NCBI RefSeq assembly: GCF_006345805.1
Contig: NC_043015.1
Span: forward strand, 10,664,001-10,728,000
DNA from: Octopus sinensis
Lineage: Eukaryota
Direction: 5' to 3'
DNA length: 64,000 nucleotides
Part shown: positions 1 to 12,849 of the stretch, in pieces
Layout: each line of letters begins with the position of its first letter
Position numbering within the stretch: position 1 is the first letter of the stretch
Program-made: the position numbers and the translations under genes
The notes under the pieces: model-generated
The model's database searches: none
What the model was told of the DNA's origin: nothing
The model's input: only the letters and a program-made list of their open reading frames with translations

Positions 1-19
1 CATCACAAAAGTTTCAAAT

Positions 20-185
20 AATCATTCCTGCTATAAGCAAAAGGCCCGAAATTTCTGACAGGTTGCTAGTTCATTACATTGGCCGCGGTGCATAACGTTT
101 TTCGTGGACATCCAAAGGATTAAAGGCAAGGCCTACATTGGAGGAATTTGAACTAAAAACGTAAAGAACAGATGAAATGCCTACT
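20..185 (-). mobile_element. Decayed tRNA-derived SINE (same family as 190-443)
   Basis: Diverged match to the neighbouring SINE (ggattaaaggcaagg...ggaggaatttgaact...aaacgtaaag); tandem copy. Confidence 0.5.
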
Positions 186-189
186 TATA

Positions 190-443
190 ATTCTTATTTC
201 TTTATTACCGACAGCGGGCTAAACATAGAGTGGACAGACAATAACAGACAAAGAGATTAAGTTGATTACATCGACCCCAGTGCGTAACTGGTACTTAATT
301 TATCGACCCCGAAAAGATGAAAGTCGCCCTCAACGGTATTTGAACTCAGAACTTAACGGCAGACGAAATACCGTAAAGATTTTCGCCCTGCGTACTAACG
401 TTTCTGCAATTTCACCGCCTAATAATTCTGCCAGCTCACCGCC
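190..443 (-). mobile_element. tRNA-derived SINE with duplicated 5' head
   Basis: Reverse complement starts GGCGGTGAGCTGGCAGAA (A-box-like) and has GAGTTCAAAT (B-box-like) plus the central TTTCATCTTTTCGGGGTCGATAAATTAAGTACCAG domain; same family as 25375-25603. Confidence 0.8.
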
Positions 444-631
444 ATAAAAAGTGTTAATAATAGCAACAAGTGCGTTTATATTTAATCAGTGTACTTCTTA
501 ATTATATCAGGTATATCTACATCCTTGTTAGGAAAAGAGATTCAAAAGAAATATTGTATTCTCAGACCTAGAGTTAGTTTAGAGATCAGAATTGATCGTA
601 TAAAAATATTGAATTTCCATAAAAGGGTGAT

Positions 632-1111
632 CTAGGACATAAGACGAGAAACATCGCACCATCGTTCAGGAAGTGAGAACTAGGACATAAGACGAGGAAC
701 ACCGCATCATCTTTCAGGAAGTGAGAACTAGGACATAAGACAAGTAACACCGCACCATCTTTCAGGAAGTGAGAACTAGGACATAAGACGAGGAACACCG
801 CACCATCTTTCAGGAAGTGAGAACTTGGACATAAGACGAGGAACACCGCACCGTCTTTCAGGAAGTGAGAACTAGGACATAAGACGAGGAACACCGCACC
901 ATCTTTCAGGAAGTGAGAACTAGGACATAAGACGAGGAACACCGCACCGTCTTTCAGGAAGTGAGAACTAGGACATAAGACGAGGAACACCGCACCATCT
1001 TTCAGGAAGTGAGAACTAGGACATAAGACAAGGAACACCGCACCATCTTTCAGGAAGTGAGAACTAGGACATAAGACGAGGAACACCGCACCATCTTTCA
1101 GGAAGTGAGAA
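632..1111. repeat. 48-bp minisatellite, 10 copies
   Basis: Unit CTAGGACATAAGACGAGGAACACCGCACCATCTTTCAGGAAGTGAGAA starts at 632, 680, 728 ... 1064 with few substitutions and no spacers. Confidence 0.97.
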
Positions 1112-1937
1112 ACCCAGAAGGAAAAATAATTCTGTGAAATATAAGAACCACAGATCAGTGGGAGTCTACTTTGCCTATTGTAATGCGTTTCATAGTAGAA
1201 GCATTAAGGTACATGTTATTCTAACGGAATGAGTCGGCTTACTTTATAATGCAGGTGTAGATACTGTTTCGGCCAAAATGATGTTAAGACCTTAACGTGA
1301 ATGATTTATCAGAAATGCAGTCTACCAATGACTAGTAACTGTAAACTGAGAAGAAAATGGTAAATAAACGTCATATTTCGAGAACAGAAAATACAAGAAC
1401 TCTCTATGATTATAGAATAAAACAAAATATTAGCAGCAACAACGAACAAAATTCTACTCTGTTAAAGAACAACGAATGAAAATACATTTGAGAATGTGAT
1501 GCCATGAAAGACGGGTAACGAAATTTGAATACAAAATACAAAAATAGGACATGAATAGGGATAGAGGAATTTGACATTATTTCATAATTTTTTTTTTGTT
1601 AAATTTCGTTTTTATAAAAATGTTATCTATATTTTTCGAATCTATAATATAAACAGAGAATAGTTTAGAAAAGTTGCATTTCAAAAAGCAAGAGAAAAAA
1701 ATTACTATGGCTCCTTATCTAAAATATATCAAGAGAACAATATTAATATGTCTTTTAATACACCATGGAGAAATTTACTAGTACTCCTAATAATTGCATG
1801 AACGTCGTCCTTGTTAACATTATTATTATCATTGTTATCAAAAATATTTCATATATACACATATATACGTGCATGATGTTTATGATCCAGAATAGCTATT
1901 TGTTGGAATCATTGCAGAGTTTTATGCATTTTTTGAA

Positions 1938-1970
<33 letters not shown>

Positions 1971-2200
1971 GATGCTGATGCTACTACTACTACTACTACT
2001 TCTACTACTACTATTACTGCTGCTGCTACTACTACCACTAATACTACTTCTACTACTACTGCTGCTACTACTACTACTACTAATACTACTACCACTAATA
2101 CTACTTCTACTACTACTGCTGCTACTACTACTACTACTAATACTACTACTTCTACTACTACTATTACTGCTGCTGCTACTACTTCTACTACTACTATTAT

Positions 2201-2243
<43 letters not shown>

Positions 2244-2345
2244 GCTGCTGCTACTACTGCTACTACTACTACTACTACTACTAATACTGCAACTGCTGCT
2301 GCTACTATTAGAAATACCACCACTACCACTACCATTAGAAAACTA
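1938..2345. repeat. (CTA/CTG)n trinucleotide microsatellite
   Basis: Directly visible; source of the poly-Leu and poly-Val ORFs. Confidence 0.97.
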
Positions 2346-2693
2346 ATGCTAACAATTTGGGTAGACAAGGGTTTGTTTAAAATAACTGAGAATGACTAGT
2401 AGACCAAACTGATGCTATTAGGAGAACATAGCATATGACAGAATTGGGGGTGTCAGGGATTGCAAGAGAACTGGAAAAATAAACCCGAAAGTAGAAAAGA
2501 CAGACAACAACGTAAGGCATAGAGTTCAAAGGAAAGAAGGGCCTAAAGAAAAAATACTAATAGTACTCCGAGTGAGGAAGGGACAATTGGCACCCGTGAC
2601 TGATTTAAGCCAAAAATATCAGATTTTAGAAGAGTCGCCTGAACAATCAGTTCAGAAAAAGTAAATCATTGTTATTATTATTGTGGTGGTTAT

Positions 2694-2869
2694 GTTATAT
2701 GGGGGTGGAGATAAGTGTGGTGATAGATGCAAAATAAATCACCCACAAAATTCAACAAGCCTTCACGCTGGCCAAAATGGATAAATATTCCTCTGGTAAA
2801 AAGTCATTAATGCTATATCGCCTGAAGAAATGATTCCACAAAGATGATCTGCCCCATTCCCGAGGATAC
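2694..2869 (+). repeat. ~180-bp direct repeat, copy 1 (copy 2 at 4293-4486)
   Basis: Shared gttatatgggggtggagata...cctctggtaaaaagtcattaatgctatatcgcctgaagaa...cccgaggatac. Confidence 0.9.
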
Positions 2870-3808
2870 ATTAACAGACATCAACAGAAAGAAGATTCTA
2901 TATGTGACTAGGAAAGTAGATTCTGTTATTAGATACTAAAACTATAGTTGACATTAATTTATTGATCTATGCAGGAGGGGTAGTAGCTACTATCAGATTA
3001 GGTATTCCTCAATGGAAGTTTAGAAAAGAGCAAATGTGGAAAAGGAGATCAGAAAACCACGTGAAGACTTTAAGACAAGATCTGAATAGAACAGATGCCT
3101 CGAAATTGAACAAGTTAGTAAACAAGAATTTCTCTTGTGAAAAGATACAATTGGCAACCAAAATGGACTTGGCAAAGCAAAAAATTTAATACGACCATAA
3201 ACCCGAAACAACATCAAATGTGATAATGCAAAGGTCCTGTGGGTTTTGATGATACAGTGCGACCATGAGATAGAGAATTGGAAGCCAGACATTCTTAATT
3301 GAGAAAGAAAGCAAATGTTGCAATATCATCATCATCATCATAGTTCGACCGTGGTCGAGACAATGTAATTTACCATGCTACGCCAGACTTCACGGTCCAT
3401 CATGGTATTACGGAGGTCCTGTTGCTGGATGCCTGTATCCCTGGATATTAAATCAGGGTAGGAGAGTGTGCGCCCTCTGGTATTGCGAGTAGATGGCTTC
3501 CAGAGGAGAAGAGTAGAAATTACCTCTTTTTCAGCTCTACAACAATGTCCAGCAAACTGGACTCTCTTACCTTTTGTTATCTCTTGTGAAAGGTAAGAGA
3601 GTCCAGTTTGCTGTATCATAGATATAGCATGCCCAGCTCACAGCAAGGTATGCGATAAGGGAGTAAGGAAAGTCGATAGATACGACAGGTTAGCGTGGGA
3701 AGTTAAGCAGTTGTGGTTGATGAAAAAGGTGGTAGTAATACCAATAATTGTTGGAGCCCTAGGAACAGCGAGTAAAAAACCCACATCGTTAGAAGCTGTG
3801 CACAGGCG
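2860..3808 (+). mobile_element. Decayed R4/Dong-type LINE with (TAA)n tail, interrupted by an RTE fragment
   Basis: LIYAGGVVATIRLG...WKRR N-terminal-like motif; endonuclease region ...KPDI...KCCNIIDIACP...RYDRLAWEVKQLW...IPIIVGALGT after removing 3330-3619; followed by (TAA)n at 3809-3965. Confidence 0.8.
3330..3619 (-). mobile_element. 5'-truncated RTE-type LINE 3' end nested in the R4 relic
   Basis: RVQFAGHCCR...LLLWKP...GRTLSYPDLISRDTG...MMDREVWR matches an RTE C-terminus; (GAT)n tail; TATCAT duplicated at 3324-3329 and 3614-3619. Confidence 0.8.
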
Positions 3809-3885
3809 ATAATAATAATAATAATAATAATTATAATAATAATAATAATAATAATATAATAATAATAATAGTAATAATAATAATA

Positions 3886-3922
<37 letters not shown>

Positions 3923-3923
3923 C

Positions 3924-3965
<42 letters not shown>
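3809..3965. repeat. (TAA)n microsatellite / LINE tail
   Basis: Directly visible. Confidence 0.95.
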
Positions 3966-4292
3966 TGGGGATATAAATCTCAAATAGGTAAAAAAAAACT
4001 TCTGAGCAGAACATGTTGGCCATACAGCAAAATGTAAACAAAACTGTTATTATTAATTGAAATCTAAATAAACGTTTTAAAAGCACGTAATATCAGTAGA
4101 GATGGTTATAAGACCAGAATTCTATTGGAATTAAAATGTTAAAATATATTCTTCAACTGAATTCCAACACAGGACGCTTGAAAGAATCAGATCCCTTTGA
4201 AAAAGTAGTAATTGAATCTTGAAGTGGGTATCTATTTGTATTTAGTGGGGTGAAGGGGAAGGTGATGGGAGGAAAGAAAGAAAGGAGTGGTG

Positions 4293-4486
4293 GTTATATG
4301 GGGGTGGAGATACGTGTGGTGGTAGATGCAAAATAAATCAACGTAATTCATAAATACCCACAAAATTCAACTAGCCTTCACAAAATGGTCAAATTGGATA
4401 AACATTCCTCTGGTAAAAAGTCATTAATGCTATATCGCCTGAAGAAATTATTCCACGAAGATGATCTGCCACATTCCCGAGGATAC
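4293..4486 (+). repeat. ~190-bp direct repeat, copy 2
   Basis: Aligns with 2694-2869 apart from a small insertion. Confidence 0.9.
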
Positions 4487-4603
4487 TACGGACGACACTG
4501 TAACCATCTGTGAGTTGTTCGTTGAAAACGAAAGATATACTTTTCCTATAACCGAAATGTATTAGAAAGTTCGTTTATCTGTATTCTGCTGCTATCTTAT
4601 AAT

Positions 4604-4622
4604 ATTTTAGTCAAACTAAAGG

Positions 4623-4678
<56 letters not shown>

Positions 4679-4755
4679 ATATATGTATATATATATAGAT
4701 ATATACATATATATACTATACATATATATAAATACATATGTATATATATATATAC

Positions 4756-4799
<44 letters not shown>

Positions 4800-4977
4800 T
4801 ATAATATATATATATATATATACCGGAGTAAGCACATGAATGTGAAACAAGGTGGGAAAAAGAGTACTCAAATACCAGTGGTAGAGTAATATGCTTTATT
4901 TAAAGCAGCAGAAAATTCAACAAAATCTGTTACTCTGAGTTTCCCGTTAACGTACATCGGAGAGTTTTTTCTACATA

Positions 4978-5034
<57 letters not shown>

Positions 5035-5085
5035 CATACACACACACACTATATATATATATATTTCCTTTAGTTTGACTAAAAT
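4604..5085. repeat. Module bounded by perfect 25-bp inverted repeats, containing (TA)n and a short internal repeat
   Basis: ATTTTAGTCAAACTAAAGGAAATAT (4604-4628) is the exact reverse complement of 5061-5085. Confidence 0.9.
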
Positions 5086-5821
5086 GTCATAAGGTTCCAG
5101 CAGATTACAAATAAACGAATTTCTAATACATTTCCATTATAGGCAAAATATATCTTTTGTCTTCAACGTAAGACAAACAAGTCACAGATGCATACGTATG
5201 TATACATTAAGATTTGATAAAATCTCCAGTGAAACGTTGTTAAAAAATACAATGGAAATATGAAGACTGATGTTTTTTCATCAATATTAAATTACAACCA
5301 GCGTGTATGGCAGTTTACACAGTGTAATTTGATGGTGGATCTGATTTTTTCATTTTAGCAGATACTTATCAAATTGACAATATTATGTGAAGAGTTCTGA
5401 TTGTTATTTAGATAACTCACAAATTTGTCTAAGCTTATTCACTCTCAGACTGTCTGGAGATAAAGAGATACTGCATCAATATATGGCATTATTATGACCT
5501 GTGTCGCACATGTAAGATCCATTTGAAGTAAACGCCAGAAATATTTTACATCAGTGTCGAAATACAACGTTGAAATTACAATAGCTTGATTATCGATTTT
5601 GTAGTGAACCCCCACCATTCTTTCGGTCTTTTTTTTTCTTTGCAATGTAGCCAAACTATGTATGCATGTAGTTATGACGCTGAAGTTGTTCCTCTCAATA
5701 AATAAAGCTTTGATGATATGGCATGCAGTTCGGTTTAGTGGACACACCGCTTGCATTAAACACTCACGCACGTACACACACACACATACACACTTACAGA
5801 CAGTCATGTATATATGTATAT

Positions 5822-5901
<80 letters not shown>

Positions 5902-6509
5902 GTATAGGTATATATATATAAACATATATGTGATTTTGTGTGTGTATAAACATTCTAACGATATTATCTACGAAATTGTTATATTGCACACAAATCTGTG
6001 CAAATAATATCAATTTGCACAATGTTCTCGGCTCATACACTCCTCACACACATAAATATACATATACACATAAACACCAATATTTGTTTACTCTCAATGT
6101 ATATTTATCATGGTTTGGTAGGGAGGGGTGTACTCTAAATTTGCATCGCTATAACTGATTGACATCACGCTCATCGAACACTCTAATGCTAAGATCTACA
6201 TGCAGGTGCATATGAGTCCTCACATATATCAATTTCTATACTACATTATGTAGTTTGTAGCTTCGTTTGCGGATAGGAGTGTAGGTCGTTGTAGTGGTAA
6301 GGTTGATGCATTTTACTCTTACTTTTTATTCTACCTTTTTATTCTATCTTTATATATCATTATGACATCATACTCAATCACAGGTATATAAAGTGAGATC
6401 AACGTACACACACGACGCATCTAAAAACACTATGCATTATATACGATCATTTACGAATCTACATGTATAAGCTTTACATATCGTCAAAGATATACATATT
6501 TGCATTAAT

Positions 6510-6581
6510 TGGTTCCATGAACAATGGTTCCATGAACAATGGTTCCATGAACAATGGTTCCATGAACAATGGTTCCATGAA
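6510..6581. repeat. 15-bp tandem repeat (TGGTTCCATGAACAA), ~5 copies
   Basis: Directly visible. Confidence 0.95.
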
Positions 6582-8822
6582 TATATGAGAAGCTCCTACC
6601 ACCACTACCAGTCAAGCAGGAAAATGGGTAGACCTAGATGTTATTAAACATACATCGGTGTCTGTTTGTTGTTGGGTGCTCATATACTTTGCTTATGTTT
6701 GAATGAAGTACCGTGTGTGGGTAGATATGTTCCTCATTACCTTGACATATTAATATGAAAGCTGAACAATAATATTAACTGCCCGCAGACCAATATAAAA
6801 ATTAATGTGAAATTAAATAAAAATAAAGTGGCTGGACGTGAACACTATTATACACACATATACTGACGCACTCATCGAAGCACAGTCCATTTACTAAGGC
6901 AAAGCCACTAACAGTAGCAGAGATAAATAAACATAAACAGCTGACCATTCACAAATTTTACAGAATCTACACTGTATGCATAATAAGTGCACTTACATAC
7001 TCTCATGTACGCACAAGTACTTGTTCTTTTACACAAACATATAGAACACAATGTTTTAAAAACTATCAATAAATTGCATGAATCTTGAAAGTTAAGGGAT
7101 TAATGATGATTATGATGAAATGTAAATGAAATCATTTTAAAATATCACGCTACTTCACACATAGTGGAACTAACCAGAATAAGTCCAGTGTATGTTCTTC
7201 ATTTCTTGGAAAATTTACAAACCATATTCTTGTACAGAATACAAAGTCCCCTGAGTATTTTGTAGAATCAAAATCCCCTGAGTATTACTATTACGATAAC
7301 ATATATTCTACAGAATTACTACCTAGTGTAAGTAAGTGTATTATTAGTTTGCCCTCAAAAATTTGCACTGCAAGGTAACATCATCGGTTTCTTTTGACTA
7401 CATGTTTCCTCGGCATCAAGCCATGTAACATTTGTCTCTTTCATGTTATGAATGTTATGCGGCATGTAGGTTTTGGTCTGCTTTCCTTTATTCCGACGGG
7501 GTTATGCATTTGAAATCTTATTAGGAAATCATTGTTCTGGTAGCCCGAGTACATTATCCGCTAGTTTGAAATTGTCACTCCAATTTGGTAAGTATATAGT
7601 AGAATGGCGATCCCAAGACCGAAAAGAGTAATGTTAGGTAGTGGACCAATAATCTAACTCAGCACAATAGGAACAGCTAAAGAGAACACAAAGGAAAACT
7701 ATTCATAAAATGTACGGCTGGAAGATGGCAACGGTCATGTCCCAACAATGACAAACTCTAACAAAAGTATATTTACTAGAGTGATTGTCTGAAACAAACC
7801 TGTGATAGTACTTATTCCAAATTAAATTAGTCCATCTCGTTTAGCATGGTTAATGCTTTCACGATTATGTGAAATATGGTTTATTTAGTAGGATATGATA
7901 CGAGAGATTTTAGCTACTGGCGCCCCAGGCCTAGCTGGCCTCACCTTAAAATGTATTCACTCTATCTTTCTGTCTCTATGTCAACGATCTCGGCTACAAA
8001 TGTCGCGGGCAACTTTTGCGACCTTAGAACCTTGGTGGTGTCGAAGGTGGTGTCGAAAATGCTCGTTTTTCTTAACTTAAAATTCCATTTTAATGATCTG
8101 AAAATAAACAAAAATTAACTAAAAGAAAATGCAAAATAGATTCCAGAATGATTCAAAAATAGAATTCCCGAAAAAATTAGATTCCAAAATTAAAAAACAC
8201 AATAAATTCAAAAGTTTTAAGGAATCCTCGGGTACTTAGTTGCCAACCCAATAGATTTCGAAAATACGCTCATAGTATATATTAAAACGATTGCTTTATA
8301 TTTTTTTAGGCAATTTTTACCTTTGAAAGAAGGCAATTCATTTTAATCAAGGTTTTTCTTTAAAGAATATTTAATAAAATTTAATAAAGTTTGCGGAATA
8401 ATTTAGACATTTTTAATCTAGGTAATTATTTAATCAAATTAATTTTAATGACGTCAATAAAATCTATGAAAGGATACATACATATGCATGTATAACATGT
8501 GTGTAAGAGACTCTTGATGTGTGTGTGAGTGTGTGCATGGATATGTGCGTGTGTGTGCGTATATGTGTATTCATACATGCTTGTAAGTGTGTGTGTGAGA
8601 GAGAAAACACAAGAAAGAGAAGGAGTAAAGAAAGGATATGAGAGAAAGAGAGAGAGAGAGAGAACAATTAGAAGATTCGTATAATTACAAAGCGAATTGA
8701 TTAATGGGCTTCTTAATTTAGAGAGAAATGTACTTTGATAAATTCAGACAAGGGCAGATGGTCAGTGTTATTTTGATATAAATGTAGCTCATGATAAACA
8801 ATATAATACGAACACATTCATG

Positions 8823-8854
<32 letters not shown>

Positions 8855-8945
8855 CACACATACACATAGGTGTGTGCATATTTGTGTCTCAATGTGTGTG
8901 CATGTGTACACAGACGTACACATATGTATATATATATATATATAG

Positions 8946-8976
<31 letters not shown>

Positions 8977-9194
8977 GATAGATACATACATATATACATA
9001 CATACATATATACCTACATATATACATACATACATACTTACATATATACATACATACATACATACTTATATATATACAAAATTAATTGCGCTCATTCAAG
9101 CGTGAACAGATGAGAGCTACAATAAGGAATAAGGGTAAACGTAGAAAGATAATATTATAGATGGGAATTATGAAATAGAGGTCTGCTAATTGTT

Positions 9195-9620
9195 GCAAGG
9201 TGGTGGATTGGTTAATGTAATTGATAAAAATTATTAGTAACATATTTTTTATGTCCTGTGTTCAAATCCCACCGAGCTCAATATTTCCTCTTATCATTTG
9301 AAGGTTGTTAAAATAAGTACCAGCTGCTCGCTAGAGTCCATGTGATCAGCTTATATATATTTCATGTTTACTGGCCTTGTGCCAAATTTATAACCATTCA
9401 AGGTTGTGTAGTGGCAGAACCGTCCGCAAACCAACAGACGTCTCAGTAACATCACATGCAACTCATACGCTCTGAGTTCAGATTCAGAGACGGCCTACTG
9501 TTCCTTTTATCTTCCCAGGGCCGTTTCAATAAAGTACGAGTGCCGTACTCTAGTCGATGTAATCTACTATCCATCACCCCTAAAAACTATTGGTCTTTTG
9601 GCAATACGAGGAATGTTTCT
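9195..9620 (+). mobile_element. Two tandem decayed tRNA-derived SINEs
   Basis: gtgttcaaatccc and gagttcagattc B-box-like motifs, each followed by an aataagtaccag-like domain. Confidence 0.55.
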
Positions 9621-9730
9621 AATTATTATCGTAGCCTCTTTTGCTTTAATTATTGTTTGATCCTGAACATACAACACTTTGAAGTGTAATAATTTTAAGT
9701 ACATACGGGCATAATATACGCCTGTGCTTA

Positions 9731-9793
<63 letters not shown>

Positions 9794-9795
9794 AT

Positions 9796-9838
<43 letters not shown>

Positions 9839-10598
9839 ATATATGTATATCCATCGCACATATAGATTGAGAATTACTGCGAGGGAAGAGGCAGAAAAGA
9901 AATATATTATTACATACAGTGGCAAAAGAGAGGAGCGAAGTAATTTTTAATCGATCAATCAGTCAATCAATCAAGGTTTAATTGGGTGATAATGAAGATG
10001 AATTTGACAAGCCATTGAAAGAATCTACTGCTAGCAATACAATTCCAAAGAGTACCGCACAAATCAATAATTACTTCATTATTCCGTGATTTTCAGATCA
10101 ACGTCAAATCACAGCTACGCTTTTTCTACCATATTCTTTTTTTATATTCTATATGATTTGCGATATTTTTATTGCTTCGTATTTTACAATAAAAAGAAAA
10201 AACAAAGAATTATATTCTATTAGCATTGGTGGTAAATAAATATATGGTGAGAACATAGTATTTTGCTTGCGGAAAAATACATTAGGTTAAATAGATTTTA
10301 AAAAATAAATTGTAAGTAACACGAAGAAAAAATATATCTCTGGTGTAGGAAAAAAATATTAATCGATAAAAATATAATCGATGCAAATATTAAATTGGAA
10401 ATAAATAATATGGTGTGAATATTTAAAGCGGTAAATTGAATGAAAATAACGAATAATAAAATATATACGTCGTTGTTTTGTTTGTATCCTTTTACCTCTT
10501 GTGTGCCTACACGAGAGTGCATTACAGAATTAATATAGAATTGCAACACCTCAATACAGATAAGGAAATCAAATAGAATTTCATATATAAATATACAT

Positions 10599-10643
<45 letters not shown>

Positions 10644-10774
10644 ATATATATGTATATTTATACATACATATTATACATATATATATATATATATTATATA
10701 TATGTATATAATATATACAAACATACTTCTACATACTGTCACATACATACATATATATCTACCTACCCACGTCC

Positions 10775-10915
10775 ATGCGCAGCATAGCTGTAAGTTCCAG
10801 AAGTTTACTTTTCAACCACCTGGTTTCCGGTTCTGTATCACTGCATGGCATATTTAGCAAGTGCTTCTCGGTTCTACCAAGGGCAAACTTGCTTGCTGAC
10901 TGAAATTATTAGACA
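10775..10915 (+). mobile_element. Decayed CORE-like SINE head
   Basis: Diverged match to the 31403-31555 head (caaccacctggtttccggttc...ggcatatttagcaagtg). Confidence 0.5.
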
Positions 10916-10941
10916 ACGTCTGTTTGCCAAACCATCCTGCT

Positions 10942-11060
<119 letters not shown>

Positions 11061-11094
11061 GATATATGTATATGTATATATATATAGATATATG

Positions 11095-11127
<33 letters not shown>

Positions 11128-11194
11128 ATATAATATATATATATATGTATATATAATACATATATATATACTTATTTATTTATTCATTTATTTG

Positions 11195-11389
11195 TTCTCT
11201 CACTTTTTCCAGTCATTTGATGCGGCCATGCTAGAGCACCGTTCTAGTTTAACAAATCGATTCCATAACTTAGTTTGTGTAAAACTAGTTCTTATTCTAT
11301 CAGTCTATTTCGTCGAAGTGGTGCGTAAACAAACCAGCATCGGTTGTCAAACGATGGTGGGAAGAGAGACACAGACACACAAGTATATA

Positions 11390-11428
<39 letters not shown>

Positions 11429-11568
11429 GTGTGTGTGTATACGACAGGCTTCTTTCAGTTTCCGTCTACCAAATCAATACCCAAGCCTTTGGTCGCCGCG
11501 AGGCTTTAGCAGAAGACACGTGGCCAACTTGTCACGCAGTAGGACTGAATCCGGAACCTAAAATATAT
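11195..11568 (-). mobile_element. Composite SINE: CORE-like head, internal microsatellite and 3' module
   Basis: Reverse complement has ggttccggattcagtcctactgcgtgacaagttggcca...gtagacggaaactgaaagaagcctgtcgtat, then (TA/CA)n, then gacaaccgatgctgg...gcatggccgcatcaaatgactg; same layout as 31403-31975. Confidence 0.8.
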
Positions 11569-11638
11569 GTGCGTGGTTAGGTGTGTGCGTGTGTATGTGT
11601 GTGCGTGTGCGTGTGTGTATCTATGGATATATATATAT

Positions 11639-11704
<66 letters not shown>

Positions 11705-11814
11705 GTATTATATATAATTAATCAATATAGGGTGGCAAACAATTTTGTAGAATTTTTTTGTCACTAGCGGCCTAGTGGGAAAAATTAAATAGTCATAGAC
11801 CATTTATAAGTTCA

Positions 11815-12074
11815 ACATCACAATCAAGGAACGGCCATAATAGGCCATTCACCCACTAGAAATAACAGCCAAAGCTTCAACCGCAAAATAACATTAATTC
11901 CGCAAACAAACAGGAGAAAATTAAAAAACCAGGAGAAAATTAAAAAATTTACAGGGTAAAGGTTTTTTTAATTTTCTCCTGGTTTGCGGAATTAATGTTA
12001 TTTTGCGGTTGAAGCTTTGGCTGTTATTTCTAGTGGGTGAATGGCCTATTATGGCCGTTCCTTGATTGTGATGT
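11815..12074. repeat. Perfect 93-bp inverted repeat (foldback hairpin)
   Basis: 11815-11907 is the reverse complement of 11982-12074; the spacer adds a further caggagaaaattaaaaaa inverted pair. Confidence 0.93.
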
Positions 12075-12849
12075 ATATATATATATGTATATATAGACAC
12101 ATCCATACACACACGCCTGTGTGACCTTGTATGCAGTTTTTTAGGGATAAATCTTTGGGTATTCTTGCTTATTTTTCCAGAAGAGCTTGACATATTAGTG
12201 GACTGTCAATGACGTGAAGTGATTAAAGTTGACTATAGTGGTTGAGAAAACGTTAGATGATATGGTGAACTGGATGTCATCTGAATGTTCGAAAAGAGCT
12301 GTCTGTATCATGGTGAACCGCAACTAGTATAAATTTGTCCACCTCATGATTCCTGAGCAGTACTCTGTGGACACGCTGTGAAACCTTGCATGGAAACCTG
12401 CAGCGGGGTCTATGGAATCTGTGGCCCGCAAGAAGGAACACACCAGTTGTTCTGACTGCGTGTGCACGCGGATGGTTATCCGCACATCTTTGAGCAAGGC
12501 TTAGGCTCAATGCAGACGGTTGGATAATGTGGCCAAACCCGTTTGTAGTGTATTGATGCTGGGCAACCATATTTGTGTCATCAGGAATCGGCTCCTTGCC
12601 ATCCCACTGGAAAGAGACAGAAAAAGCGGCGGTTAAAGAATTATTACCACTTCACTAACCCATTTTTGTAGCCTTATAATTTCTATGATTGTACCTTTCC
12701 ACTGTTTTATTTTATTAACGTGTCTTTAACTTTACGGTTCAGCATTGAACTGACAGAATATCTACTAGACTTTTAATGAATAATTACTGGAATGTATCTA
12801 TCGACTAAAACCTTCAATGCGGTACTTCAGTATAAGTAAAAATAGGTAA

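Noticed and set aside
632-1111. CRISPR array or repeat protein
   Set aside because: Head-to-tail units without unique spacers, no cas genes, eukaryotic context; the ORF is only the repeat unit.
5449-7587. Two 63-nt phase 1-1 exon candidates (5449-5511 and 7525-7587)
   Set aside because: Splice sites are plausible, but joining them creates TGA, no homology is recognised, and such candidates arise by chance.
12180-12610. 97-aa minus-strand ORF in GC-richer sequence
   Set aside because: No recognisable motif; probably an interspersed repeat that I cannot assign.
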